DNA of 64,000 nt. Origin: Octopus bimaculoides (lineage: Eukaryota). Below the pieces are notes generated by a model. The model saw only the letters and a program-made list of their open reading frames with translations, was not told where the DNA came from and did not search any database. A program made the translations under genes and the position numbers. The stretch covers positions 99,179,683-99,243,682 of the forward strand of contig NC_068983.1 in the NCBI RefSeq assembly GCF_001194135.2. The letters run 5' to 3'. Below, in pieces: positions 63,301 through 64,000 of the stretch; the stretch's first letter is position 1, and each line of letters starts with the position of its first letter.

Positions 63301-64000
63301 AGATGTTTCTTTTTTCATTTAGACTGTCAATATTTAATAGTATATAACATTTTTAGTGTAATTTATTTAGTTCTAATATCTACTATAGCTTTAATATTGA
63401 GATATCATTTAGTTATCAAATGACTTATTGGTATATCAAACAAATCTTTCAAAGAATAAGATGAAGAATTTAGGTTAAAATTTGGGCGTAACAAAGATTA
63501 AGGCTTTCATTGGCTTTTTGTATTAAATTTCTTATAGTGGTTTAATTTACCAGTATTTGCCTTTGGTACAGTTCCATTCAAATGAGCAGGGACTTCTCTA
63601 TTTGATAAATATGTATTTCAGAGTGATAAGCAAAAGTATAAACACATACTAATAGTTTCAAAAACTTTGTTTCAGTATTATATTTTCATATATATATATT
63701 TGTTCTTAATACATCTAACATTTCTAGGCACAAATATCTTTTATCTGTTTCAGTCATTAGACAGAAGTGCTGTCACACTAGAAAGAAGACAGAACTTTCA
63801 AAATTGCAGTTATTGATTTTTATTCTTTTCTCAAAGTTACTTAAACTGCATATAAAAAATTGTCAATAACTCAGACTTTACAGTGATACTAAGATAAAAA
63901 TATCAACTATATAACAATAACCATGGTGTATTCTTATATTTTAGTATCACCAAAAGCGTCCAGATTAATTTTGAATATTGTTATATATAATATATAACCA

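Overview
AT-rich, repeat-dense animal genomic DNA with N-gaps, most likely a cephalopod (Octopus-like; inferred from the tRNA-headed SINE families and microsatellite load, not proven). Only two protein-coding exons are well supported. One is the first coding exon of RRS1 (minus strand, 2085-1934). The other is the first coding exon of an ARHGAP17/44-like N-BAR RhoGAP (plus strand, 23942-24021); its next exon was not found, so the remaining ~40 kb is probably its first intron. Three CpG-retaining islands stand out: ~1.95-2.8 kb, ~19.9-20.95 kb and ~23.1-27 kb. The middle one has a classic promoter layout but no recognisable ORF, and is the best candidate for an undescribed non-coding transcription unit. 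Most of the rest is SINEs, MITEs (piggyBac-, hAT-, pogo- and mariner-type) and decayed RTE, CR1/Jockey-like, Tx1-like, RLE-type, Penelope-like and Helitron remnants. Two hammerhead-ribozyme-like relics and a tandem duplication with templated junction inserts are also present. No rRNA, genuine tRNA or CRISPR array was seen. Most ORF-track entries are microsatellite, gap or repeat artefacts. Family assignments come from remembered motifs, not from database searches.
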